From Azolla caroliniana (lineage: Eukaryota; Plantae; Polypodiophyta), in NCBI GenBank assembly GCA_043228905.1, contig JBHGNT010000006.1, positions 10,292,001 to 10,356,000 on the forward strand: 64,000 nt of DNA, read 5' to 3'. Each line of letters begins with the position of its first letter. Position 1 is the first letter of the stretch. The notes beneath the pieces are model-generated. The model was given only the letters and a program-made list of their open reading frames with translations, made no database searches and had not been told where the DNA came from. Shown here in pieces: positions 22,701 through 37,700 of the stretch. The translations under genes were made by a program, and so were the position numbers.

Positions 22701-25700
22701 TTTTTAGCTTCATCAGAGGAAATTGCCTTAGTCATATAAACTTCAATGAAAGGAAATCGTTCCTGTTGAGAATGATTAAAGTTATAGCCGAACTAGCCCA
22801 ATGGGTAGCCAGCCCCAACAGCTAGTTATCCCAACAGCCAGATCTTGGCCTTTAAGAGGGATCTTCTCCTCATGGTAAAAGTGATCTCTGTGTTTTTCTC
22901 TCTTCTGTTGTGCAATATATGTATATGTTTTTCTCATTTTTCAATATGGTACCAGAGCTTCGACTTGCCATCAAGTCCCATGTCCCGACTTGCCTCGACT
23001 TCTGAAATACCTATAGAACTTCCAAACCCAGAAATCACCGGTGAGATGATTTGCTCTCCTTCTCCTATAGTGGTTAGGAGGACCTCTCGCAGTAATGCTG
23101 GAGTCCCTCCTGATCGTTATGGTTTTCCTCATGATATTGCTCAGTTTATCTCTTATTCTAACATATCAGCTACACATAGAGCATTCATTGCATCATTCGA
23201 TTCTGTCACTTTACCCAAGTGTTGGCAGGTTGCTAAAGAAGATCCAAAGTGGAAAGCAGCTATGCAAGAAGAACTTGGAGCTCTTGAGAAGAACAAAACT
23301 TGGGAGATTGTATCACTACCACCAGGAAAGAAGGCGGTTGAGTACAAATGGGTGTTTACAATAAAACAGACTCTAGAGGGCAAAATAGATCGTTACAAAG
23401 CACGATTAGTAGCTAAGGGATATAGTCAGTCACATGGCATTGATTATGATGAGACTTTTGCACTTGTAGCAAAGATGAGGATTGTTAAAACGCTTATTTC
23501 CTTAGCAGTGAATAAGGATTGGAAATTACATCAGTTTGATGTAAAAAATGCATTTCTTCATGGAGAGTTGATGGAGGCAGTGTACATGGATATCCCCCAA
23601 GGTTTTGGTACAATTCAAACAGTAGGCAAGGTTTGCAGTCTAAGGAAGTTGCTTTATGGACTGGAGCAATCTCCTCAAGCCTGGTTCAACAGGTTAAGAA
23701 GGGCTATGGTGGGTATGGGATACCGCCAGATCAATGCGGACCATATAGTGTTTTTCCGACAACGCAAGGAGCATACTACATTACTTGCTGTGTATGTGGA
23801 TGATATAATTATCACAGGTAATGATGAAGGAGAAATTGCCCAACTGAAGGTACAACTAGGTAAAGAGTTTGAGGTGAACGATCTAGGATGGCTACGATAC
23901 TTTCTTGGATTTGAGGTAGCTTGTGGGGCAGAAGGAGTGAAAGACATTACAGTGACAAAGATAGTGTTCTTCGGATTCTACTCCTTGATGACACAATTGG
24001 CAAATTCTTTCTTCTAGAGGTATCCATGTATATCTGCCTATCTCAATCTCTAACTGATGTGATGAAGTTTGTAGCTGCTCTATTAAACTGTGCAGCACAT
24101 AGGATAGATGTATGTATTACATGTATGTCAAAGAAAACAATACACTATGAAGTTAAACTTGTGTATCATGACAGGTATGATAGTAGAAAATATGTAACAA
24201 TGACTAGCTCCATCCACGTGAAACATGTGGACATTGGTGCATGTAGTAGTACATAGATGGCGAAGTATGTGAGACCTCACATATACCTCTCTTCTCAATG
24301 CTTTATTCATGCTAGGTGCATAATCCTCAGATATCTCAATAAGTAATCAAAATGTCTGAAACCCAGAAACTCTTAGTACATGTTCTGTGTCTTGATCTTC
24401 ACAAAAGTGTTAGTTGGGTTTAAGGGGGTTTGTTGATGTCCCAAAGTGGAGGGTCAACTCTCATGAAATGTTGGATGAACCATAGTGAATGCACTCTCTG
24501 TGATAACTCTGCATGGAAAATGGTGTCTTGGATCCCTGTAAGAAATTTGCCCAATGTATTATGGATCATTGGCCTCCATAATCTCTACATGGAAGATCTC
24601 TGAGGTGCCATCATATTATCATATCTATCTCTGATATATCCTCATATGGACGGCATCTACAAACATAATGCTCCTTACTATGATCTCTAAATGGCAGAGT
24701 CTGCATATCTGTTCCTTCCTAGATAACTCTGGCCGCAGGACAGATCTCCATATCAGCTATGTATACACCTATGTAGCAAGCACTGTCTTTAAATCCCTAT
24801 GCTCAGATGTTATGTAAATTCTTTTTTAACAATGCTCACTTTCACAAACCATGTCTCAGCTGGAAGGAGAAGTATGAAAGAGTTCATGGGGCACTTGATG
24901 TTCTATTACACTACACTTCCCTCAGTTTTAGGTTTGATAGCTTTCTTCAGGTTATATATGACACCTGGTATATTCATCGATGAAAATTTTGACCACACCC
25001 TCATTTTAACATTTGTAGTCATTGGATTACTTTTCAATTCCTTTCCTTTCTTCTCCCCCCTCTCTCTAAATCATTGCAAAGCATCATTTGAGTACATAGA
25101 CAAAAATTATAAACTTGAGACGAAAAGAGAGGGTGAGAAGAATCACCAAAGAAACACCCTTCTCAAAGCCGTTACCAACTTTTAAACCCTCACACGCCTT
25201 AACAAAAGCATCTGCAAATTTCTCATAAATTCCTGAAATGGTAAAGTACAGCACGTTGTATTTATTTTCAAAATCTGCAGTGGTGCCTACAAAAATGCTA
25301 GGATGAAAATATGGTTTGAAATAAAATGAAGAGTGGTCAGGACATATAACTTAAATTATACATGGATTAAATTAGAATGGGACTGTAACTAAGCACAAAG
25401 ATTCCCCATTAAAAGTCTCTTCTTTCGCATCTTTCCATATGGTTTCACTGTGCAATGCAGTATATGGAGACACATGTTACACGCTCTTGAAACAATGAGG
25501 GAAACCAAAACCTCATCACATCAACAGAGGATTACGATATGGCACTATGTAGAGCTTTTGAGACTGGTACACTGCAATGCAGTATATGGAGATGCATGTT
25601 ACATGCTCTTAAAACAATGAGAGAAACCAGAACCTCAATACATCAACTGATGATTACGATATGACACTGTATGGCTTTTAAAGATCACACATACTGGAAG

Positions 25701-28700
25701 TTGAATATGAGAAACGCTATTTATCATTAAGAAGCGGCTAAAGTTCAAAATAAATTAATAGACAAGCTTCCACTATATGAAAAATATTTATCCCTAAACA
25801 AACCACATGCTTTATTCCTATTCCCACCATTATATATATGACTTTATATTTGCTATTCACTATTGAGATATTTTTTCAATTATCACATCATCATGATACA
25901 GGCCATAATCAATTTGGTAATTAAGCACAAATTATTTAAGCAAAAGAAAGTGTAGCATAATCTTACCACTTTGAACAAAAATCCGATTGACAGCTACACA
26001 TGCTTGGCCAGTGTTGCGAAATTTTGCATTTATCTACAAGCCAAGAAATAATGGTAGTCTTATTTAGAAAAAGGATGATAATACCTTTTACCTCAAACTG
26101 ATACCACCTTCCAATCATATATACAATATATATACACTCTTATTTTCTATGATATATAAAGCAAAGACGAATCACAACTACAAAAAAACAAGGACATTCT
26201 CCTATATATTCTTCTTTCTCAACTGAAATGGGATTACCTACAATAAAGAAATTAATTCATGCTGAAATGGGGCATCTGTAATAGTTCCCGAACCTTAGTT
26301 TGAGTTGTAGCTTCTACACAGCAGATTTGAAAGCTACCAAGTCAAAGATATATAGGACTGGCACTTATGACATCAGACGATTTAGCTGAAAAGGAAATAC
26401 CCATCCACGAGGAGAAGAATAAGGTGATCTGAATAAGTCATCAAAGTGGATATCACGGGGACATCAATTGGTCCCGCGGCACCACTTCTTGGGAAAGTTT
26501 TGTTTCCACAACCATTTGATGGATTTATCACCATGCAATTTATAGTGTGATGGGAACATCAAAACCTTTTCACATCATCAATTAGTGATTGAGACAGGCC
26601 AATAAACATAGAGAACTATGCAGGAACAGATATTATATTGTATTCCATTTTATTTTATTATGAATTAGGGGAGATACCACAGCCCCTTCACTCATGACTC
26701 TGATCACTATGCATAAAATGGAATCTAAACACCAAGGATACTTGGGATAGATTAGATTACATATTTTTTAATGTCCGTAGAGAGGCCAATATTGACCCAT
26801 TGGACTGTTCTCGCTGGAAATCAAAGAAATAGAGATATATTGTTAGAAGAAAGAAAACCTTGCTAGTGGTCTAAACTCATGGTTAATGAGGCAATGCTAT
26901 CTTCCTCTTATTTTATAAAAAACAGTATACTGACAAACATAGTGTTCTCCAGATTCCTCTCTCTGATGACACAATTGAAAATTTCTTTCTTCTAGAGGTA
27001 TGTGTACATATCTTCCTACCTCAATCTTTAACTCATGTGAAGAGGTTCGCAGCTGCTCTACCATACTGTGCTGCACATAGGATAGATCTATCTCTATATA
27101 ATAGGGCCTGATTGTATGAATCCATCCTCCAATGCGTTTAAAAAGTGTGCCTTATAGTTGACTATCCAAGAGATGTAGGGCTCATCCATGTTCTTCTATT
27201 ATACAAATTGATAATATCAATTTGGATCACTATTCTTTTCTGCTTTGGCCATGCTTAGATGGGGACAGTCCAAGCTATGCTGGGAAGGGGGTAGTTCATT
27301 TATGCCTATGCATTTATCCAAGATATGTGGAGCTTATCCATGTTCTTCTATTATACAATTTGATAATATCAATTCAGATCACTCTATTCTTTTCTGGTAA
27401 GGCCATGTTTAGATGGGGACAATCCAAGCTATGTTGGGAAGGGGGTAGTGCATTTATGCCTATGTAAAACGCATAGAATAGATGTATCTCTATATAGAAG
27501 GGCCTGATGATGAATCCATCCTCCAATGTGTAAAAAATGTGCCTTATAGTGGGTCATCTTCCTACCAAGACATGTGGGGTTCATCCATGTTCATCTATAA
27601 TCCAAGTTGATAAAATCAGTCTGGATCACTCTATTCTTTTCTACTTTGGTCATGTTTAGATGAGTACAATCCAAGCAATATTGGGATGGGGATTTTGCAT
27701 GTAAAGAATCTAACTCTAGTAGAGTTGAGTATTCAGAAGTGTAGTGTGTGTGTATGAGAGTGAGTGTATAAGCAAGAGAAGGAATCAAAGAGAATAACCA
27801 GAAAATAAGAAAACACACAGTAGGGGGATGACAGCTTATGCACTGAAGATCATCAACTAAATAAAATGGGCAAAGGTGGTTTAATAAACAAGTCCTCAAG
27901 GGACTGCCATATAAAATGTGTTGGTGGAATCTAACCAAGATATCCACTTGAGTACGATTTTGTCATAAGAACACTCGACAACTACACGGATTACAATAAC
28001 GTGTGCTCACACACGTTTTCACACATTGTCCTTTTCTTCATAAGCACATGTTCACACAAGTTGAGCTTGATTCTCAACACGCCCCCTCAAGGTCAATTGT
28101 GTGTCCTCTAAGCTTGGTTGTCTTGATGTAGTTGAAGACCCGCCTACAATTGGTCGGACTACTAGACCGTGGTTTTCCCATTGTTCCGATGTACTCGATC
28201 TTGATCTAGCAAGGTCGATCTTGCCGATCCAAAATTTTGAGCTTGTCAAGGGTGCCAACAAGGTCAGGTTTATGTCTAACTTCAAAAATTCTAGGCTTTG
28301 AAAAGTCTTCCTCTAACTTGCCAGGTCAAGTCGGGTTAGATGTGCCAGCCTTACTTTGCTGATGCCGGTCTCACTCTTCCTCTTTTATGGTGCTGATTCT
28401 CGATGTTTTCCTTTGTCTTTGTACTTGTACTCCCCCCCAAGCTCAGCATATTGAGTGGTCCAAGGCCTAGATCCACTAAGAATTGTTGTCACTTGTCAAG
28501 ACCTAGTGCCTTAGTGAAAATATCAGCCACCTGCCCGTTGGTGCCAACGTATTGAAGGTCAAAGTCGCCGGTCAATATGTGGTTAGGGATGTAATGATAG
28601 TGCACCTCAATGTGCTTAGTCTGGGCGTGAAACACCGGATTCTTGCGAGCTGGATGCTGGTGAGATTATCGTAGTGGATCAGTATTGGCTTGTTCACCAA

Positions 28701-31700
28701 TTCGTTGAAGTCTTTCAGCAGTCTTTTAAGGCATACAGCTTCGTAGGCAGCTACAATTGCGGCCCTACTTTGCCTCTGTGCTCGATAGAGCCACTGTTGG
28801 TTGTTTCTTGCTGCTCCAGGAGATTGCTCCATTACCGAGTGAAAACATAAATCCCGAAGTGGATCTCCTATCAAATGATTTGCCCGCCCAATCAGCATCC
28901 GTGAAGCCTTCGAGTCGAAGTGGTACTCCACACTTATAGAAGATACCACTTGCTTAGCGGAACACTTGCTTAGCACAATCCATGTGAATGTCGTGAGGGG
29001 GTGGCATGAACTAGCTAAGAAGGGGGGTGGCATGAACTAGCTAAGAAGCCGGACCGGATAGCTGAGGTCTGATCGGGTGATAGTTAAGTAGATAAGACTC
29101 CCGATTCTTTGGCGATACTATGTCGGCTCGCAGAATTTTGGGATTGTTCTGGATATACAATGAGTTATCAGATTTTGACATCCGGAAGCCAATGTCATGA
29201 AGATATGATGTGATCTTTGAATGCCATGCTCTTGGGGCTTACTTCAATCCATAGAGCGGCTTCTTCAATCGGCAAACTGCATGTGGATGTTTGCTCGATT
29301 CGAAGCCAGGTGATTGCATCATGTAAACTTCCTCGAGCTCACCTTGGAGGAATGCATTCTTCACATCCATTTGATGAAATGCCACCCATTTGCTGCTGTG
29401 AGTGCAATTACCGTCCTCACAGTGGTCATTTTTGCCACCAAGGCAAATGTTTCCTCATAGTCTATGCCATGGGTTTGAGCATACCCTTTGGCGACTAGCT
29501 GAGCCTTAAACCGATTGACCGTGCCATCCGTATTATGCTTTATCTTGAACACCCAGCGGCAGCCAATTGGCTTTTTCTTGATTTCAGATGATGGGACTAA
29601 ATCCCAAGTATCGTTGTCAAACAACCCGCGCATCTCCTCCCTCATTGCCTTGATCCACCGGGGATCTTGGGCAGCTTCTTTATAAGTCTCGGGTTCTTGG
29701 TCTACTGCGAGTCCCATAGATTGACATATTCGCATTCGTGGGGTTTCCCATTCAAATGCAAACGAATACACATATGAATGCATGGTCAAGTATTCGTTTA
29801 ACCCAAAAAAAAAAAAAAACTCCCTCTTTTTTTAGTTCCTAGGATACAAAAAAAGGGACTTGGACAATAAAAAGGGACATTAAATCTTTGTGATTGTCGG
29901 GACATATAATACATCCTTCATGTAGCCCTTGTTGTCATGATTGTTAAGGGCCACATCTCCAATGTGCTCAATTGTGTGTGGAGTCATCAGTGGTCTCCAC
30001 CACGCCGAGTCTCTCGGGTTCCCTCAAATTCATGAACCATTCTTGATGACTTGTCATGTGATTTGAGCACCCGAGTCCACGAACCAGACATCATTAGGTT
30101 GGTAAACACTTGTTATGATGCTATTTGCCCGGTGTCGCATAACGAACATCGGCCATTTGTTATCTAGGTCAGCCATCACAGCATAGTTTGTTTGCTGCCG
30201 GGGTGAGGCAGCCGAGTCATTCTTCTTCCACACTCGGCTTCAAAGTGGCCAGGCTTTCCACAATACCAGCACTCAGTTTGCTGGTTCTGCCTGGTTGATG
30301 CAGGCTGGTGGAAGCTCCCCTTTTTGCCGGAATTCCCTCGGCTGTTTTGACCTTCTTGCTGCCTAGAATTAAATTGTTGTGAACCTCGCCCACGTCTTCC
30401 TCGGCCATTCCTCCCCCTATTTCCATGACATGACCATGACCTCGACTGAGATCATCCTGTTTATATAGCATCTGCCCATCAAATGTTGTGCTTTTCGACT
30501 GTGTATGGCTCTCCTCAACCATTAGCATGGATTGCAAGTCGAAATGCGCCATATTTTAGTGCGAGGCCGCCAAGGCAGATATGCACCATCTCGTCATCAT
30601 CAACTGTGACATTGATGGAGCCAAGTGAATCGCGTAAGTCTTTGATCCGGAGGGTATAGTCTGTCACGGACATATCCCCCTGCCGAATATTGTTCAACTC
30701 CTACCGGAGTTGAAGTTTTCTCGCTATCGTTGAAGCCGCAAAAATCTTCTTCAAGTTTTTCCATGCTTCCGTCGGGGCTTTCGCATCTTGAATATAGTTT
30801 AACATGTGATCTTGCACACATGTTGCCTTGCTGCCATGTGGGGTAGTTAGGATTTATAATATCGGGGGCTATTTCTTGAGCTCCCTCAATATAATTCCAA
30901 TACCCTTGCCTGACTAAGTACTAATGTATCTTATATTCCCAAGAAGCGTAGTTGTGCATGTTCAACTTCTCTGTTGGAAGTGCGCTGCCCATCTATGCAT
31001 TCATCTTTCTGATTTAGCTTGATTCGTATGCTCTTGTTAACGTGATCCTCTTGCCGTGCAACACTACAGCGATGATAGCCAGTTTGAAACAGCGTCTCTA
31101 GCTGCTCACACAGTTTCAATGGTAGAGCTCAATGAAGGATCTCTAACCCTCACGTTTTGATACCATGTAAAGAATCTAACTCTAGTGGAGTTGAGTATTC
31201 AGAAGCGTAGTGTGTGTGTGAGAGAGAGAGCGTGTATAAGCAAGAGAAGGAATCAAAGAGAATATCCAGAAAATAAGAAAACACACAATAGGGGGATGAT
31301 AGCTTATGCACTAAAGAGCGCTATATTAATTAACTAAAGATCATCAACAAAATAGAATGGGCAAAGGGGGTTTTATATACAAGTCCTCAAGGGACTGCCA
31401 TATTAAATGTGTTGGTGGAATCTAACCAAGATATCCCCTTGAGTACGATTTTGTCATAAGAATATCTAATATTCTTTGATTGCATTAACACTCGACAACT
31501 ACACAGATTACAATAAAGTGTGCTCACACACTTTTCCACACATCGTCCTTTTCTTCATTTTCTTCATAGGCACATGTTCACACAAGTTGAGTTTGATTCT
31601 CAACACTACATTTATACTTATGCCATATGATTTGCCTTTCCGCATACCAACAACAATTATCTCGTGTTCAGCAAGTTGTTTTGATGACATAAGATAAGTG

Positions 31701-34700
31701 CCAACCTTTACCTTCATTTAGGGAGCTCCCAAAGCTGTTGAATGTCGGTCACTCATGGGAATACTGCTTCGGTGCTAGTTCTATATGATAATTTATTTAG
31801 GATATCATTCTTGTAATGTTCTATCTATCCTTGAACTTTATATCTCCTTCTCTTGATAACTGCTATGATGAGTCAAGTATCCATCATGGGTGCCTATGCT
31901 GGGGAGTTCCTATGATCTCTGCAGAAAGCTTGGGAAGGGCATCAGAGACCACTTGTATCCTCGTAATAATTTCATATTGTATTGATTGCTTGCTCCTGAT
32001 CACACCTGTTATGATAATCACCGAGGGTTTCTACTTTGTCGTCTTGTCCCAAGCAAAATTTCTTCAAACTTGGTAAAGTGATTGTATTGGTTCCAGGCCT
32101 GATCACCCTTCACATCAACAAACCACGGCAATTATTGCCCAGCACAGAAGGTGATTTCCAGCTTCTGAGACCTCTTCATCTTGGACCAGCCCAGAGCTAA
32201 GAACTTCTAAAGACAGAAGCTTCAGTCCAGCTTAAGTTCACAATGGTATATGCTTAGTTGAAGGCAAATGTCGGCATTTTTCTCAAGATTACGAAACATT
32301 TATGTGCATATCCTCAGCCAAATGCTTGAGGAATAAACAGAGTACCTCAGGAAGGCTTACACATTTATATTTATAGTTAGTTTTCCTGTTTCCAAGATTT
32401 GAAAACAAGGCCATTTTGGCGTTTAAGGGACATTAGCAATATTGTTATTTCTTCTTGATTTCAACAAAAGAAACATTTTGTATCTAGAGTTAAAACATCA
32501 TCTGTCAAGTCAATTTAGCTGTCATCACCCTGATAGCCTCAAGCATTCCAATACAACAATTTTGGTAAGCAAATCCGGCCCCCAAAATTCATTTAGATTG
32601 CAGTGGAAGGATACAATTACCTCTAGAGTTTTTGTTTTCAAATAAAGCAGGGTCCAATTTTAAACCTATTGTCATTTTATATAGCATACTGCTTTTGGCA
32701 TTCTGTTGTAGAATTGAGTGCAACAGAGGAATAAATGGTTGTAATTTGTGCTCCTCTGTATCTTAATTTCACATTATTCAAATAATTTTATAAAATGCTT
32801 TCAGAGACAAGAACCACATCCAAGACAAAGAGAAGAGTGAAGGTCAATTAAACATCGAAATTAAAAATCCTACCGTGCCTTTGACTGCTACATCAACATC
32901 TGCATCGTCAAAAATTATGCAAGGTGCATTTCCTCCCAATTCCAAGGAAACCTAATTATCATCACAACTCACAACATTTTTTATATGAAATGATTTACCA
33001 AAGAAGACAGAAAGTCATATTTATCACCGATCTAAGCATTACTAAAATACCCTCTTTACTGTCCCTGCAGCAGCAGCCATGAGTTTCTTTCCAACAGCAG
33101 TTGAACCTGTAAAGGTGATTTTCCGAACCTGGATATACAAAGAAATTGAGGAGACATCATGCTTGAGAAGGGATTTGGTTTTAATAAAGGTATCTCAATT
33201 ACGCGTCTATAATAAGAAAATACCTCGTTAGTGACATTTATACATAGAAGAATCAGCTCTTTAACAAGTGGAACAGTCTTACATATGGGGTTAGCCATAG
33301 AATATGTTCCCATTTGGCAAGTAAAACACCTCAGATAGTCAAAAAGAATTGCTGAAACTTTAACAAACCTCATTGCTTTCCATTAGTGCGTCCCCAATCT
33401 GAGGAGCATCTCCCATCACAATATTTAAAACACCCTGCCATATAAGTGTACAAAATAAAGTTCAGAGAACATATCGATGATGATATATTTATACGAATTC
33501 AACTGAAAAAATAGCTGCACAGCAATGGAGATGTATAGTGATGAATACAGGAGGAACGCCTGCTTGAAGTGCAAGCTCCGCTGCCGCCAGAGCTGTCAGA
33601 GGTGTAAGTTCAGAAGGCTTCACTACAGCAGTGCAGCCAGCTGCAAGTCCTGCAGCAACCTAAGAGAATAATGATGTAATCAACAGTATGAATGTAAACT
33701 TAAATATCTTGAATATATGAGAATCATAATAGATGATACTGACGTTTAAATATGGGCAAATCAGAATTTCACATATAGAAAGAACATTAACTCCATTATA
33801 CCTTGCGTGTGATCATAGCAAGTGGAAAATTCCAGGGTGTTATTGCACCAACTACACCAACAGGCTGCAAAAATGTATAAAATGAGTCACGACAATATTG
33901 GGCTCAGCATAATGAAAACGCAATACATTTAATTATCAAACAATACAAGGAAAGTACATCATTACCAAGCAGCAAAAAGAACCTATATTAGATCAATTTC
34001 AAATGGACAACAAGATCATATTTGTTTCCACAACACAGCTTAAACTGTGTAAAAAAGGTTCATATGGGTCAATGTCATATTTCTTATTCCTCTTCCCGAC
34101 TGTTTAGATAATGGGCAAGCAGGCGTTCAAGCAGTGACTGTTCACTAATTGTGTAGATTTACAATCTTCTAAACGGCAGGCGACAGCAGTGCCCCTATAA
34201 AGCATATGTCAGACTCCTTGTTCCCTGCCTAACCGCCAATTCAGAAACGCTCGTAACAGTTTCCCGCCATATGGTTCCCCACATCCCATCACGTGGGGGT
34301 TCAGGAATACAAGCTCCCCTGCCCTCTTTTCATCGTGTCGTGACGATGCCCATGCAGCCAGCAACTGCCACAAATTGGAAAGCCTTGTTTACCGGGAGCA
34401 AAAGATTCATATCACCTATCTGTTTCCAATAACTGACTATATAGAATATTCCTCTACAAAATGTTTTCTTTCTACCTGGGGCTTACTACACCCACAGCGA
34501 TACTGTATGATAGATGAACCTCAAGAGTATGAGACCCTCATTCATCAATTTATAGTCTCTTCTCAGAGGTAAGCAGACAGTAGGGCCTCTATATATCAGA
34601 TTTCAGAGTTCTTCAGAAACCCATGCCAACTTATGAAGGAGTAAAAGATTCATATTATCTACCCGTTTCCAACAACTGATGATATTCCTTTAAAAATGTC

Positions 34701-37700
34701 TATTTCTACCTGGTGCTTAGCACACCCAAAATGATATTGTCCCATAGATGAAACCCCCTTATGATCATGAGACAGCATTTATGATTATTAACACCTTGAT
34801 CTTGCAAACAAGTACAATACGAGAAAGGATTTTCAAGTGCAATAGGTAATTCATTTCTAATGCATTGCAGAAAATAAAATACGTAGAGAGCTGAAAACAG
34901 TGCAAGACACATCAATTCATGCGGACTTCTAATGCAACATGTGTATCTAGTTCCATGCGCTCATTGAAAACATGACTATGTGTTTTTAATGCTAGCAGAT
35001 ACAAGAACTACGAAAACTAAAGAATATCCACAACCCCAAATAACTGTAAAGACCTCTCTAGATTCCCTCATTTCTTCTCTTTTCATCTTATTTACTTTTA
35101 TATTTACTGTGTAGTATTTATTTTATTTTGATTTGTTCTCAAAGACGAGACAACACTCAAGATGTAATCTCTTATTTGGTCTTATAGGCCATTTTGGCCT
35201 CTTAAAAGATGTTAATATATCTTTCTTTCTTTCTTTCTTCTAGATCATTGAAGAAGCCTTGGAAAGTATCCCACTGTCCATTTCCATTGCTAATATTATC
35301 ACTCAAATTGCTGGGTAACTTTGAAGACTGAGATGACACTCCACCTCTATAATTTTTTTCACCTAGCTTTCTAGACACCGTTTCCTGGTCACCTGTCAAA
35401 AGCTAGCGCACATCGCTGCTCTATAATTTCTTGCACCTAGCTTCTAGATGCTTCATGTCATTATTATAAATGTTTTTATACATTAATAAATTTATATTAA
35501 GGATAACAACTCTTGTCTATCTCTTATCATCAAGATTTCTAGAAGTTAGTGTAATATCCAATTTTGAATGCGCTTTTACCTTGCATACCATTGGAAAAAT
35601 ATCATAAACTTCAAACACTAAGGCTAATCCAAAATAATTTTATGAACATTGAATTGACAATCTTGAGTTACACCTGCTTCACAACCAACAATCGTCTACC
35701 AGTGAATGGAGCTGGAATAATGTCCCCATATATACGTTTTGCTTCCTCCGCAAAAAATTCCACAAAGTTTGCCCCATAGACAACCTGAAGATGAAAATTA
35801 TTTTGACAAAAATGTATATATTGTTTAATAAAAAATTAAACATAGGAATTATGGTATATAGATATTCTGGAAATATTCAAGAAAATACCACTTTAACCTC
35901 TCAAAAGTATTGTTTGAGCATATCAAATTAGCTAGTGTATCCATAGACATGTCAATTTAAAATTCATGTTTAAACAGAATAGAATCATACATTAACATGA
36001 TATTTTGGGTGATTAAAATTTCAGAAAACCCATAAGAAGAAGCAAAATGTATCAATTTTAAATTTTAAATCATCAAAAGTCGCACAAGTATTGCAGGATC
36101 ATACAAGAACCAAATTAATGGATTTAAAATTGATTGGAATTACCTGATACCTTGAGTATCAGGGAAGAACTAAGGGGAATATAAACAAATCATGGATTTT
36201 ATCTAGGAACATAATCTGTATAGCTTTAAAATCATGCATTTGAGCTATATAACTTGATAATGCCTTGCTTGCATAAAACTGAGAATAAGAAATGTAGTTA
36301 GCTTCCCTTGAGTGGTGTGGAAACCGCTAGCAACATCACTTGTTGCTGTACATACAATAAATGAGCCATTAAGCCAATGGAGGGTTTTAAGAAAACATGT
36401 CCCACCTAGGCAGCTCCAGGACCATCAGACAATGAAGTTGTTAAAATTCACAAAATCAATTGTAACAGAAACAGAAGCTCAGAAAAAGAAGTAGAAGAAT
36501 AACCAGAGAAAAAGAAGTGTGGGGGAGATGCATTCCACTATACAGCAAATTGTACAGTGTACTCACATAGAATAATTGTGCATGACACATTACGCCATCA
36601 ATAAAAGGAGAGAGTGAAAGATAACAGGAAGACAATTCGGTAAAATATTCCTCTGATCATGCTATAATTTGACATTAGGATATGAGATATAAAAAAGTTT
36701 GCTTATTCAGACCTATTAGATTATTCATATACAGCACTAACAATGGACAAGTAGTCACAAAAAACACAGTTTTCCAATTCAGATTGAACGTTCTTGATCC
36801 TGTTTAATGTAAGCATTTAAAGCAATGACAACGTATTCACTGTAATAGTGAAAAAGCATGTGCTGAATGTACTGAAGAATACACTAGAAGTTAATAATAT
36901 CGATAAAGATGTGAATATTCTTCTGAAAATAAACGTTGAAAAGTGGTACACAGATACACCTGCATATCTGAAAATTGATTATCATTGTACAATTACCTCT
37001 CCAAGTGATTCGCCCAAGGGTTTCCCTTGTTCTAATGTAATCAACTGTGCCAGAAGTTGTTTATTCACAGTAAGGAGATCAAACCTTCAAAAATAAAATG
37101 GAAAATAAGCAGACTATGGTCAGTACACTCTTCAGCATGCATTCTTCAAGAATCAAAATTCATGGATGCAAAATAAGCTTCAATCATTAACTATTCAAGA
37201 TTATTACTCAGATCATGCTTATAGATATTATCATTTGATGATTGCTGTTGATTATTCCTGACAAACTACACTAACTCTCACAAAAGCTTGTGATGCCAAA
37301 CATGTAAAGTTTAAGGCCGCTGCTGCATAAGACCTTGAAATTTGTAGCGGGGCAGGCTCTGTAAAGAGAGCAATGGTATATATTCTGGTGATGGAAGGAC
37401 CTGATGATAAAAAAGGAGTTGGGTGCAATTATGGTACTGCAGAGCTCAGTCAAACTTGTTTTGCTACACTTTGAACCAGGATTTCTCTGAGAATTCTCTA
37501 GACCAATGATCACTTCAATAAAATTACTTTTTTGTTCATTTTCATGCATAGCGAGGTTCAAGGTTCTAATACAAGATATAATATATTCGTGTATTTGTGT
37601 GTACATTATACCGCATGTAAGCACAGTATCTTGATGAACCAAGAATTAAACCACCTGGGAAAGACACCATATGAACTGAATTCAAAGGATTGATCCTCTT

